This document shows, piece after piece, positions 1 through 8,173 of a stretch of DNA of 25,006 nucleotides. The stretch covers positions 1 through 25,006 of the forward strand of contig JAQGDQ010002471.1 of NCBI GenBank assembly GCA_030141605.1, given 5' to 3'. The notes beneath the pieces are model-generated. The model was not told the origin of the DNA. It did no database searches and was given only the letters and a program-made list of their open reading frames with translations. This DNA comes from Tubiluchus corallicola. Its lineage: Eukaryota; Animalia; Priapulida. Position 1 is the stretch's first letter; each line of letters opens with the position of its first letter. The position numbers and the translations under genes were made by a program.

Positions 1-347
1 TAGAAGTTAAAACGGATAAGAATGGTGAAGAGTGTATTATCTTTAAATTTAATACAGGTTTTAAAACAGAAAAAGGTGAAAAGAGATTTATGTTTGAAAC
101 GCATTATGCTTGTGGGGAGTTTGAACATAATGGTGAAAAGAAGAGTAGAGCTGAAATCTTTGCTAAATTTTTAAATCGGTGTTTCAAGATAAAAAAGATT
201 GGTTCATTTGAAGAATTGAAAAAAGAGGTGGTAAATCAGAAGGTATCAGTGGCAGTTAAAAAAGGAGGTGATTTCTTAGAATTTTGGTATGCTGGGCATG
301 AGGATGAATATTTATCTATGAAGCATAGTTATTCTCCTAAGAAATAA
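1..347 (+). CDS. 5'-truncated duplicate of the 143-aa ORF at 2509-2940
   Basis: ORF 90..347 translation equals the C-terminal 85 aa of 2509..2940; lies within the inverted repeat. Confidence 0.8.
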   Translation, partial: EVKTDKNGEECIIFKFNTGFKTEKGEKRFMFETHYACGEFEHNGEKKSRAEIFAKFLNRCFKIKKIGSFEELKKEVVNQKVSVAVKKGGDFLEFWYAGHEDEYLSMKHSYSPKK

Positions 348-365
348 ATTTTAAAGAGATAAATT

Positions 366-398
366 AAGTGAGGAAATGTAAAATTCCTCACTTTTTTT
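366..398 (+). terminator. Rho-independent terminator after the 143-aa gene copy
   Basis: AAGTGAGGAA-atgtaaaa-TTCCTCACTT followed by a T run. Confidence 0.75.
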
Positions 399-450
399 CT
401 ATATGAATTGTAATTTTAAGTTTAATTAAAAAGAAAGAAGATTAATAGAC

Positions 451-2430
451 GTGGAACAAAAAAATAATGCTATAGTTATTGTATTTGCAGGTTTTTCATT
501 TCTTTTTTTGTTAATGATGCTTTATCAATATAATCATTCTTTTCTTATAGAAAGGAATTTAGCGAATAATTATCTTTCTGATTTTATTTTTAATCGGCAA
601 GATTTTTTTAAGAATTTTGTAAAGATTAAAACTTTTATGGTTTTAGTTATTATTATATCTTCATTTACTTTTCCTAACACTTGTAGTAGAATAGAAAATA
701 AGTTGAAATTTTTTCTATTATTTTTGTTAGTGTGTAGTATGTTTATTTTTTTAGAAAAATTACTTTTCTTTTCTTCAGCATTAGCATTTGTAATTTCTGT
801 TTTTGGGAACATTATTTTGTATTTTTTAATTTTTGTTTATTCAAGAAAGTTTATGTCTTTTTTAAAAAAGAAAATAGGGTTTGATGTGATAGAGAAAGGA
901 GAGGTACGGTTTAAGCAGGCATCAGAAAATGTAAAAAATAAATATAGCGTAAACTTTAATACAACACATGGATATATTTCAGTAACCAATCCTTTTAGAG
1001 CGACCCTTGTGCTTGGCACTCCGGGAAGTGGAAAAAGTTATGCAGTAATAGAGGAATATATTAGACAAATGATAAATAAAGGTTTTGCAATGTTGTTGTA
1101 TGATTTTAAGTATCCTGATTTATCGAAATATGCTTATAATGTATATGAGCAAGCAAAAAAAAAGGGCAAGACAAAGTGTAATTTTTATGTATTGGATTTT
1201 AAAAACATTAATCAATCTTATAGATGTAATCCTTTTAAAAGTGCAGTTGTTGATAGTGCAACGGCAATGGAGATGGCAACTACTATTTTGTTTACAATGA
1301 ATAAGACATGGATAGATAAGGGTGGAGATTTTTTTGTTGAATCTGCTATAAATTTTTATGGACTAGTTTTATCTTTTTTGTTGAAGTATGATAAAAGAAT
1401 GTGTACACTGCCACATTCATTGGTATTTATTTCTCAAAGTGCAGAAGATATATTTCCTTTATTATATCTTTATAGTATTATTCATGATGATTTATTTCCT
1501 TTATTTGCTCCATTTAAAGAGGCTGCTGATAAAGAAGTACATGAGCAGTTAGAGGGACAATTAGGAAGTGTACGAATTGGTTTGGGAAAGTTATCAAATA
1601 AAAATATGGCGTATGTTTTAACAGAAGGAGATATAGCTGATAGAAATATAAATTTAGATGTAAATAATGTAGAAAATCCTAAGATTATATGTGTTGGTAA
1701 TGCACCTGATATGCAGAAAATTTTTGGTATTGGCTGTTCAACAGTTTTAGCTTCTGCGAATAAATTTATGAATAATAGAGGAAAAAATTCTTCAAGTATA
1801 ATAATAGACGAATTACCAACTATATTTGTTAATGGAATAGACAATACAATAGCTACGGCACGAAGTAATAAAGTGGCGGTGGTATTAGGTTTTCAAGATT
1901 TTTCACAGTTAGTACGGGATTATGGCAAGAAAGTAACAGACGCTATAATTAATACTATAGGGAACATATTTAGTGGTGCAGTACGTGGGGAGACAGCAAA
2001 AATTCTTTCGGGAGCATTTGGTGATGTTTATCTGCAAGATGTGAATAAAAGTTATGGTGGATCAACTGTAACAATGTCAGAGCAAAAACGAAAAGAAGTA
2101 AAGATACCGAGAAGTGTTATAGAGGATCTTCCACAGGGTGATTTTGTTGGTAAGGTAGTTAGTGATTTTGGAGAAAAACCGAGAGAGTTATCGTTTCATA
2201 CAACAATAAAAATAAAGGAAGAATATAAAAAGAAGCCTTTTGATATAAAAAGAAAGTTTGAGACAAGTGAAAAGGAGATAGATGATAATAATAGACAGAT
2301 AACAGCAGATGTTATAAGATTGGTAAATAGTCATAAAGGGATTATTAATATTTTTAATACTGCCAAAAAAAAATTAGAAAATATAGCATTATTTTTTTGT
2401 TCCACGTCTATTAATCTTCTTTCTTTTTAA
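451..2430 (+). CDS. mobC: Type IV coupling protein, Bacteroidota MobC/VirD4 family; C-terminus truncated or chimeric
   Basis: N-terminal TM segments, NPFRATLVLGTPGSGKS (Walker A), YDFKYPDL, IIIDELPT (Walker B), ARSNKVAVVLGFQDFSQL; the last ~15 aa are read from the inverted copy of its own 5' end. Confidence 0.92.
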   Translation: MEQKNNAIVIVFAGFSFLFLLMMLYQYNHSFLIERNLANNYLSDFIFNRQDFFKNFVKIKTFMVLVIIISSFTFPNTCSRIENKLKFFLLFLLVCSMFIFLEKLLFFSSALAFVISVFGNIILYFLIFVYSRKFMSFLKKKIGFDVIEKGEVRFKQASENVKNKYSVNFNTTHGYISVTNPFRATLVLGTPGSGKSYAVIEEYIRQMINKGFAMLLYDFKYPDLSKYAYNVYEQAKKKGKTKCNFYVLDFKNINQSYRCNPFKSAVVDSATAMEMATTILFTMNKTWIDKGGDFFVESAINFYGLVLSFLLKYDKRMCTLPHSLVFISQSAEDIFPLLYLYSIIHDDLFPLFAPFKEAADKEVHEQLEGQLGSVRIGLGKLSNKNMAYVLTEGDIADRNINLDVNNVENPKIICVGNAPDMQKIFGIGCSTVLASANKFMNNRGKNSSSIIIDELPTIFVNGIDNTIATARSNKVAVVLGFQDFSQLVRDYGKKVTDAIINTIGNIFSGAVRGETAKILSGAFGDVYLQDVNKSYGGSTVTMSEQKRKEVKIPRSVIEDLPQGDFVGKVVSDFGEKPRELSFHTTIKIKEEYKKKPFDIKRKFETSEKEIDDNNRQITADVIRLVNSHKGIINIFNTAKKKLENIALFFCSTSINLLSF

Positions 2431-2855
2431 TTAAACTTAAAATTACAATTCATATAGAAAAAAAGTGAGGAATTTTACATTTCCTCACTTAATTTATCTC
2501 TTTAAAATTTATTTCTTAGGAGAATAACTATGCTTCATAGATAAATATTCATCCTCATGCCCAGCATACCAAAATTCTAAGAAATCACCTCCTTTTTTAA
2601 CTGCCACTGATACCTTCTGATTTACCACCTCTTTTTTCAATTCTTCAAATGAACCAATCTTTTTTATCTTGAAACACCGATTTAAAAATTTAGCAAAGAT
2701 TTCAGCTCTACTCTTCTTTTCACCATTATGTTCAAACTCCCCACAAGCATAATGCGTTTCAAACATAAATCTCTTTTCACCTTTTTCTGTTTTAAAACCT
2801 GTATTAAATTTAAAGATAATACACTCTTCACCATTCTTATCCGTTTTAACTTCTA
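2382..2855. repeat. Right arm of the 474-bp inverted repeat
   Basis: Reverse complement of 1..474; includes the first 8 codons of mobC on the minus strand (2405 down to 2382). Confidence 0.95.
2458..2490 (-). terminator. Rho-independent terminator downstream of 2509-2940
   Basis: Mirror copy of the 366-398 hairpin plus T run. Confidence 0.75.
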
Positions 2856-2940
2856 CATCTTCAACAAACATAAGATGTACTCCTTGCGTAAACAAAGGTT
2901 TAATTTCTCCTAAATGTTGATTTAATTCTTGAAAATCCAT
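2509..2940 (-). CDS. Hypothetical protein, possibly a DUF669-like / phage-type ssDNA-binding OB-fold protein
   Basis: Clean 143-aa ORF; GVHLMFVEDVEVKTDKNGEECIIFKF resembles the DUF669 N-terminal pattern (by eye only). Confidence 0.6.
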   Translation of the reverse strand: MDFQELNQHLGEIKPLFTQGVHLMFVEDVEVKTDKNGEECIIFKFNTGFKTEKGEKRFMFETHYACGEFEHNGEKKSRAEIFAKFLNRCFKIKKIGSFEELKKEVVNQKVSVAVKKGGDFLEFWYAGHEDEYLSMKHSYSPKK

Positions 2941-2967
2941 AGTTCTAATTTTTATAAGTTGAATAAA

Positions 2968-3387
2968 TTATTTACACCAATAATCCTCTTTTTTGCCACC
3001 ACCATACTTATATGCATAATTCTTATTAAGAAGTTCTTCTGCCAAATCAATATCATCATACCAAACCTCAGCAACAATTCTAAAATACTTTCCTCTTTCT
3101 ATATTTCTCAATTCTATTTTATTAGCATTAAACAATACTTTTCTAACATAGTCCCTAACAATTATTGCCAACTTCTTTTCATCTTCACATTTACCTCTAA
3201 TCTCAGGAGCATCGATTCCTGCTATTCTTATAGGCATATTTTTACCTATTATATCAGGATAACTATTAATATTAACCCTAAATGTATCTCCGTCATAAAC
3301 TGATATTATACTATCTACTATTATATGTTGAGCATATCCTTGTTGAAAACAAGAAAAAACTATAACAAAAAACAATATTCTTTTCAT
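2968..3387 (-). CDS. Secreted thermonuclease (SNase family)
   Basis: Signal peptide; SVYDGDTF, IRIAGIDAPE and GKYFRIVAEV motifs. Confidence 0.93.
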   Translation of the reverse strand: MKRILFFVIVFSCFQQGYAQHIIVDSIISVYDGDTFRVNINSYPDIIGKNMPIRIAGIDAPEIRGKCEDEKKLAIIVRDYVRKVLFNANKIELRNIERGKYFRIVAEVWYDDIDLAEELLNKNYAYKYGGGKKEDYWCK

Positions 3388-3439
3388 AACTATCTAATAT
3401 GCTAATTGAATTAAATTTAAATTATGTTTTTATAAAAAC

Positions 3440-3570
3440 AAAAAAAACGTGAGCCCCCAATCCAACAACAGAAGCTCCACTACTGTATTAATGATGAAGA
3501 GGTAACCCACGCTTATACAAATTTTCATCATTAAATCTATAAACATAAATAGTGGAGTAAGTGTTGAATT
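3440..3570 (-). ncRNA. Candidate structured 5' leader RNA with a pseudoknot, upstream of the thermonuclease operon
   Basis: Nested stems 3461-3467/3562-3568, 3475-3482/3550-3557 and 3488-3498/3524-3534; loop pairs with 3448-3455; G-U pairs work only on the minus strand; followed by a U tract. Confidence 0.6.
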
Positions 3571-3865
3571 AAACAATTATAAACATTTATCTAAACAAAT
3601 CCAAAAAATTAAATATTTCTTTAACTATAATTTAAAATTAAAAACAAATAAAGGAAAAAGGAAAGATAAAAGAATTTCTTTGTGAAAAGACAACAGGGGA
3701 AAAGAATCAAAGGGAGAAAACAAAAAAATCAAAGGGAAAAAAGAGGCAAAGGAGAGGAAGAAGAGAATTTTATGCAACGCACTCCCCACCCTTATTACTT
3801 AACATAATGAAATTTATACTTATAAATATTCCATGAAAAAAAAGTAAAAAAAAACAGCAAAAAAC

Positions 3866-3894
3866 TTGACATAAAGTATTGATTTTCTTATATT
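3866..3894 (+). promoter_or_regulatory. Sigma70-like promoter of the helicase-ibrAB operon
   Basis: TTGACA (3866-3871), 17-bp spacer, TATATT (3889-3894). Confidence 0.65.
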
Positions 3895-3909
3895 TATAAT
3901 AAATAAAAA

Positions 3910-4004
3910 GAAATTAAAATGTGTAAAAAAAAGGAAATTAAAATGTGTAAAAAAAAGGAAATTAAAATGTGTAAAAAAAAGGAAATTAAAATGTGTAAAA
4001 AAAG
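3910..4004 (+). repeat. 24-bp tandem repeat x4, each unit containing an ATG
   Basis: GAAATTAAAATGTGTAAAAAAAAG at 3910, 3934, 3958 and 3982 (last copy one A shorter); encodes MCKKKEIK repeats. Confidence 0.95.
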
Positions 4005-4572
4005 AACCAAAAACCCACAAATCAAAAAAATCAAATGCGTTTCTGTGCGCCTTTCTTCATTCACCCTTTTGAAATCTGGAAAAGCATATCTAGCGACTGC
4101 CTATGATGGCTCTGAATGCTTTATTCCAGCTTCTTGCTATTATGGCGAAGACTATGATGTTCAAAAATCAAACGCTTACTGGATAGCAGAATCGATCCTT
4201 CATCAGAAGGACATTCAATGGTCGAACAAAAAGGTATCTTGGTTTGACAAAAAGCAAGAAGAGAAAGACGGAGTAAAAACAGAAGTTTTTATACCATTGA
4301 AAATAGACCCAATCGCGAATCCGCAAGCAGAAGAGGAATTGCAGAAAACAGTTAAGGGTTATTATTTAAGATGGGATGAAGTCCCCATTGTAATAAACAG
4401 ATTTGGCAAGAAGATGTTTAGAAAAAGGCAAATAATCCATATATATGAGGGGGTTTTGGCAAAAGCTCCCAAAGGGTTTAAAAAATTATCAGATCATAGT
4501 TTTAAAAAAGTAAAAGAAAAAGAGGGGACGCATATAGAGTGGGACGATCCCCTTAACACAAAGTCAAAATGA
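3919..4572 (+). CDS. Hypothetical protein, first gene of the helicase-ibrAB operon (true start may be the ATG at 3991)
   Basis: ORF overlaps the next gene by ATGA; the segment VRL..S.KAY.A..YDGSE..IP.SC..G.DY.VQKS.AYWIA recalls Bacteroidota prophage proteins (from memory). Confidence 0.8.
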   Translation: MCKKKEIKMCKKKEIKMCKKKEIKMCKKRTKNPQIKKIKCVSVRLSSFTLLKSGKAYLATAYDGSECFIPASCYYGEDYDVQKSNAYWIAESILHQKDIQWSNKKVSWFDKKQEEKDGVKTEVFIPLKIDPIANPQAEEELQKTVKGYYLRWDEVPIVINRFGKKMFRKRQIIHIYEGVLAKAPKGFKKLSDHSFKKVKEKEGTHIEWDDPLNTKSK

Positions 4573-5774
4573 ATCAGAAAGACATAAAACTTTTGAAACA
4601 TCAGAGAGAGGCAATAAAACGCCTCTCTCTGTTAAAAGTAGGAGCATTGTTTATGCAACCGGGTACTGGCAAAACCTTGACAGCATACAAATTGCTTCAA
4701 GAATGTAAACCAGATTATATAGTTTGGTTTACACCTTTTCAAACAAAAAAAAATTTAAAAATAGAATTAGAAAAATATGGCAATTTTGTCAACATAGACA
4801 TAATTGGCACAGAAAGTATTAGCGGAAGTAATAGATTGTATTTTAAACTTTTAGAAAAAGTAGGTAAATATAAAAACGTTGCCATTGTTGTTGATGAAAG
4901 CATAAAGATAAAAAATTGGTCTGCAAAAAGAACTCAGAGGATTTTAGAATTAGGTAGGCGAGCAACATTTAAACTTATTCTCAATGGCACTCCTCTCACA
5001 AGAAATATACTTGATCTTTGGGCTCAATGTGAGTTTTTAAGTAGAAAGATATTAAAAATGGGATATGTGCAATTCAAAAATAATTTTTGCGAGATAGTTA
5101 CTCGTACAAGAAAACACAATGGACGTGTACATAAAGAAGAGTTTGTGAGAGATTGTCATAATCTAGACTATTTGTATAGTCTAATCTCTCCTTATGTATA
5201 TGAATGTGATTTGAATTTGAAAATAAAAAAACAGCACGTTACAGTAAATTATAGCTTAGAAGATAAAGAAAGAGAAGAGTATGAGTGGCTTAAACGAAGG
5301 TTTTTGAGTATAGAAGCGTTACAAAAACATAATAACAATATTTTCTTAAAAATGACTCAAAAGCTACAACATTCGTATAGCTCCACACCTTCTAAATTAG
5401 AAGTATTAAAAAAAATATTATCTAAAAAAGATCCTACAAAATGTCTTGTGTATACAAAATACATCAAAAGCAGACAATGCGTAGAAGAAAAGTTTCCAGA
5501 ACTGAAAACGATGAGTTATGGAATGCATTCTTTTGGGCTTAATTTGCAAAAATACAATACAATTATTTACTTTGACCAGACGTTTGACTATGCTCAGCTT
5601 ACACAAAGTGAGTTTAGAATCTATAGAACGGGTCAAGAAGAAGACTGTACTTATTTTTATATGAAAGGAGACGTAGGATTAGAAAAAGTTATAAATTTGT
5701 GCATAAAAAAGAAAATAAGTTTGTTGGAATATTTTAAAAAAGTAGGACTTGAGCAAGTAAAAAAAGAGCTGTGA
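4569..5774 (+). CDS. SNF2-related superfamily 2 helicase/ATPase (phage type)
   Basis: LLKHQ Q-motif, GALFMQPGTGKT (Walker A), VVDES (Walker B), LNGTP (motif III), GLNLQ (motif V), QSEFRIYRTGQ (motif VI). Confidence 0.92.
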   Translation: MNQKDIKLLKHQREAIKRLSLLKVGALFMQPGTGKTLTAYKLLQECKPDYIVWFTPFQTKKNLKIELEKYGNFVNIDIIGTESISGSNRLYFKLLEKVGKYKNVAIVVDESIKIKNWSAKRTQRILELGRRATFKLILNGTPLTRNILDLWAQCEFLSRKILKMGYVQFKNNFCEIVTRTRKHNGRVHKEEFVRDCHNLDYLYSLISPYVYECDLNLKIKKQHVTVNYSLEDKEREEYEWLKRRFLSIEALQKHNNNIFLKMTQKLQHSYSSTPSKLEVLKKILSKKDPTKCLVYTKYIKSRQCVEEKFPELKTMSYGMHSFGLNLQKYNTIIYFDQTFDYAQLTQSEFRIYRTGQEEDCTYFYMKGDVGLEKVINLCIKKKISLLEYFKKVGLEQVKKEL

Positions 5775-6976
5775 GTACGAAACAATACAGAAAAATCAAC
5801 GTATACGAAGCCGCAAAACAACGATTTGAATTTGTTTTTAAAGAGTTTGAGAGGGTTTGTATTAGTTCTTCCTTTGGGAAGGATAGTGGGGTAATGCTCC
5901 ACATGGCAATAGAGGAGGCAAGAAGGCAAAATAAGTTGCCTGTAAACGTCCTCTTTATCGATATGGAGGCTCAATATGAACATACAATAGACTTTGCAAC
6001 AGCAATGATGCAAAAAAAAGAGATAAAGCCTTATTGGGTCGCTCTCCCAATAAATCTCCGAAACTCTGTAAGTCAGTTTCAGCCGTTTTGGAGGTGCTGG
6101 GACGCGGAACGAAAAGGTGATTGGACGAGAAAAATGCCAGAGGATTGCATTAGTGATGTAGATTATTTCCCGTTTTTCAAAATTGGAATGGAGTTCGAAG
6201 AATTTGTACTTGCTTTTGGCGAGTGGTTTAGTCAGGGGAAAAAGACAGCTTGTGTGGTCGGGATCAGAAGCGACGAAAGTCTAAATAGGTTTAGGACGAT
6301 TAGAAATGAAAATAAAAAAACATATAAGAACGAAACGTGGACGACAAAACTATTTCCAGAGACAAATAAGCAGATATACAATTGCTATCCTCTATATGAT
6401 TGGAGGACAGAAGATATTTGGATAGCGAATGGAAAAAACAAATGGAAATATAACAAAATATACGATTTAATGTATCTGGCAGGAGTATCAATACATAAAC
6501 AACGCCTTTGCCAGCCTTATGGAGATGACCAACGACAAGGGTTATATCTATTTAAGATGCTTGAACCTCAAACATGGGCAAAAGTCGTCAATAGAGTCGA
6601 GGGAGCGAACTTTGGAAACAGATACACCGAAGCCAATCATATTGCTTTGGGGAGAAATAAAATATTCTTGCCAAAAGAGCACACGTACGAAAGTTACGCG
6701 AAATTTTTACTCGAAACAATGCCTAAATCTTTATCAGAACACTACCAACGCAAAATAGATAAGTTTATTGCGTGGTGGGAAAAAGAAGGGGTGAAAACAA
6801 TCCCAGATTATGCTAATCAGAAGCAAGAAATGGCAAGGAAAGTGCCATCATGGAGAAGAATTTGCAAAACATTAATTAAAAATGATTATTGGTGCAAAGG
6901 ACTCTCGTTTGCTCAAACAAAAGGAGAAATCCAAAGACAATTAGAAATCATTAAAAAATACACAGAACTACTATGA
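5771..6976 (+). CDS. ibrA: IbrA/YbdN-like PAPS-reductase (PP-loop) + DUF3440 protein
   Basis: NVYEAAKQR, S.GKDSG PP-loop, FIDMEAQYEHT, GIRSDESLNR, YPLYDWRTEDIW, QRLCQPYGDDQRQGL, PSWRRICK..KND.WC..LSF. Confidence 0.92.
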   Translation: MSTKQYRKINVYEAAKQRFEFVFKEFERVCISSSFGKDSGVMLHMAIEEARRQNKLPVNVLFIDMEAQYEHTIDFATAMMQKKEIKPYWVALPINLRNSVSQFQPFWRCWDAERKGDWTRKMPEDCISDVDYFPFFKIGMEFEEFVLAFGEWFSQGKKTACVVGIRSDESLNRFRTIRNENKKTYKNETWTTKLFPETNKQIYNCYPLYDWRTEDIWIANGKNKWKYNKIYDLMYLAGVSIHKQRLCQPYGDDQRQGLYLFKMLEPQTWAKVVNRVEGANFGNRYTEANHIALGRNKIFLPKEHTYESYAKFLLETMPKSLSEHYQRKIDKFIAWWEKEGVKTIPDYANQKQEMARKVPSWRRICKTLIKNDYWCKGLSFAQTKGEIQRQLEIIKKYTELL

Positions 6977-7557
6977 AATTACAATTAGACAAAAAAATGC
7001 CTTTTGAAAAAAAAGTAAAGAGATTTAATGATCTCACCCAACAACTTTATGACTGGCTGGGAGTTAAACATCCCACGTTAAACATTCAACTCGTTCCAAT
7101 AGATAAAGTAAAAGGCAATGATTACAATCCAAATAAAGTCGCCCCTCCAGAAATGAAATTATTGCAGCTTTCTATGGAGAAGGACGGCGTAACCATGCCT
7201 GTAGTGGCATGTAAAACAAAAGAGGGATATACCGTTGTAGATGGCTTTCACAGGCGAACGGTCGCAAAAAAATCAAAAAAATTAGCCAAAAGCCTGAAAG
7301 GATTTTTGCCAATAAGCCGATTAGATAAAGACTTAGAGGACAGAATAGCAAGCACTGTAAGGCATAATTTGGCAAGAGGAACCCACCAAGTAGAACTTTC
7401 GGCAGAATTAGTTATAACTCTCCGAAAACACAATTGGGATGATGAGCGTATCGCTAAAGGATTAGGAATGGATGCAGAAGAAGTTTTACGCTTAAAGCAA
7501 GTTACAGGATTGGCAGAAGCATTTGCTGACAAGGATTTCTCAAATTCTTGGAAATAA
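6973..7557 (+). CDS. ibrB: IbrB/YbdM-like ParB/Sulfiredoxin-domain protein
   Basis: NDYNPNKVAPPEMKLL, DGVTMPVV, VVDGFHR, STVRHNLARGTH, C-terminal HTH LGMDAEEVLRLKQ, FSNSW. Confidence 0.92.
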   Translation: MKLQLDKKMPFEKKVKRFNDLTQQLYDWLGVKHPTLNIQLVPIDKVKGNDYNPNKVAPPEMKLLQLSMEKDGVTMPVVACKTKEGYTVVDGFHRRTVAKKSKKLAKSLKGFLPISRLDKDLEDRIASTVRHNLARGTHQVELSAELVITLRKHNWDDERIAKGLGMDAEEVLRLKQVTGLAEAFADKDFSNSWK

Positions 7558-7584
7558 AAAAGGGTCAAATTAAAAATCAAAAAA

Positions 7585-7902
7585 ATGTTACAAACAACAA
7601 CAAAATTCAATACAATTATTAACACCAAGCTCAATGAACTTGGTTTTGAAAAGGTGGTTAAATCCATCCCTTTAGTACCAGAAAAAACTTCACTGACTAA
7701 GTGTTTTGTCGCAGAGGCAAAGTTAGATGTGGATGGTGCAATAAAACATATTTTTACAAAAGTAGATGTAAAAATATATTGTGTTGGTATGAAAGATGGA
7801 AGTGTAAATTTAATGTTAGACTACTTATACGAACACCCTATAGGTAAAAACGGATATACACTGAAATTCCTTTACAGAAAAGATAAAGGCTGGAATCATT
7901 AA
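7585..7902 (+). CDS. Hypothetical protein
   Basis: 105-aa ORF with an A-rich start, co-oriented with the operon. Confidence 0.7.
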   Translation: MLQTTTKFNTIINTKLNELGFEKVVKSIPLVPEKTSLTKCFVAEAKLDVDGAIKHIFTKVDVKIYCVGMKDGSVNLMLDYLYEHPIGKNGYTLKFLYRKDKGWNH

Positions 7903-8096
7903 TATTTTCCAATATATGTACAACGCTATAAAAAAGATGATGCAAAAGACAAATTTATGGAAGCGGAAATGCGAGCTAAGAAATATTCTCATCTCCCCTT
8001 TGCCAATGAAGTAATTAAAGATGCTAATTATTATCTTAAAAAATTGTAAATTAAATGATAATTATTTTATATTTATAACATAAACTTAGTGAAATA

Positions 8097-8173
8097 AAAT
8101 AGAGCGGTGGCAGTAACAGCAATGTCTGATGGGTTGTCCTTTTAGGTTTTACCTACACAACACCGTTCTATTT
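8097..8173 (+). ncRNA. Candidate small structured RNA (three-way junction) or complex terminator
   Basis: 13-bp closing stem AAATAGAGCGGTG/CACCGTTCTATTT; inner CAG-ta-ACA-GCAA-TGT-CTG hairpin and TAGGT-ttt-ACCTA hairpin; TTGTAA-18-TATATT upstream. Confidence 0.5.

Larger units (their letters stand above)
1..474. repeat. Left arm of a 474-bp inverted repeat (partner 2382-2855); runs off the window start
   Basis: 1..474 is the reverse complement of 2382..2855 (checked at both ends and at the internal terminator; the duplicated ORF parts translate identically); identity breaks at 475/2381. Confidence 0.95.

Noticed and set aside
570-1844. Short ORFs 570-812, 837-1019, 1085-1300 and 1482-1844
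   Set aside because: Shadow frames inside mobC with no independent motifs
2728-3303. Plus-strand ORFs 2728-2913 and 2929-3303
   Set aside because: Antisense to well-supported genes
3820-4020. Minus-strand ORF with THFNFLFF repeats
   Set aside because: Antisense reading of the 24-bp tandem repeat
4569-6976. Helicase and IbrA both 401 aa
   Set aside because: No sequence similarity; coincidence
5418-7667. Overlapping small ORFs within helicase/ibrA/ibrB
   Set aside because: Shadow ORFs of strongly supported genes
8110-8160. Hammerhead ribozyme or fluoride riboswitch (CTGATG, CCTAC words)
   Set aside because: Lacks the CUGAUGA...GAAA hammerhead core and the fluoride riboswitch 5' GGNGAUGG pseudoknot arrangement
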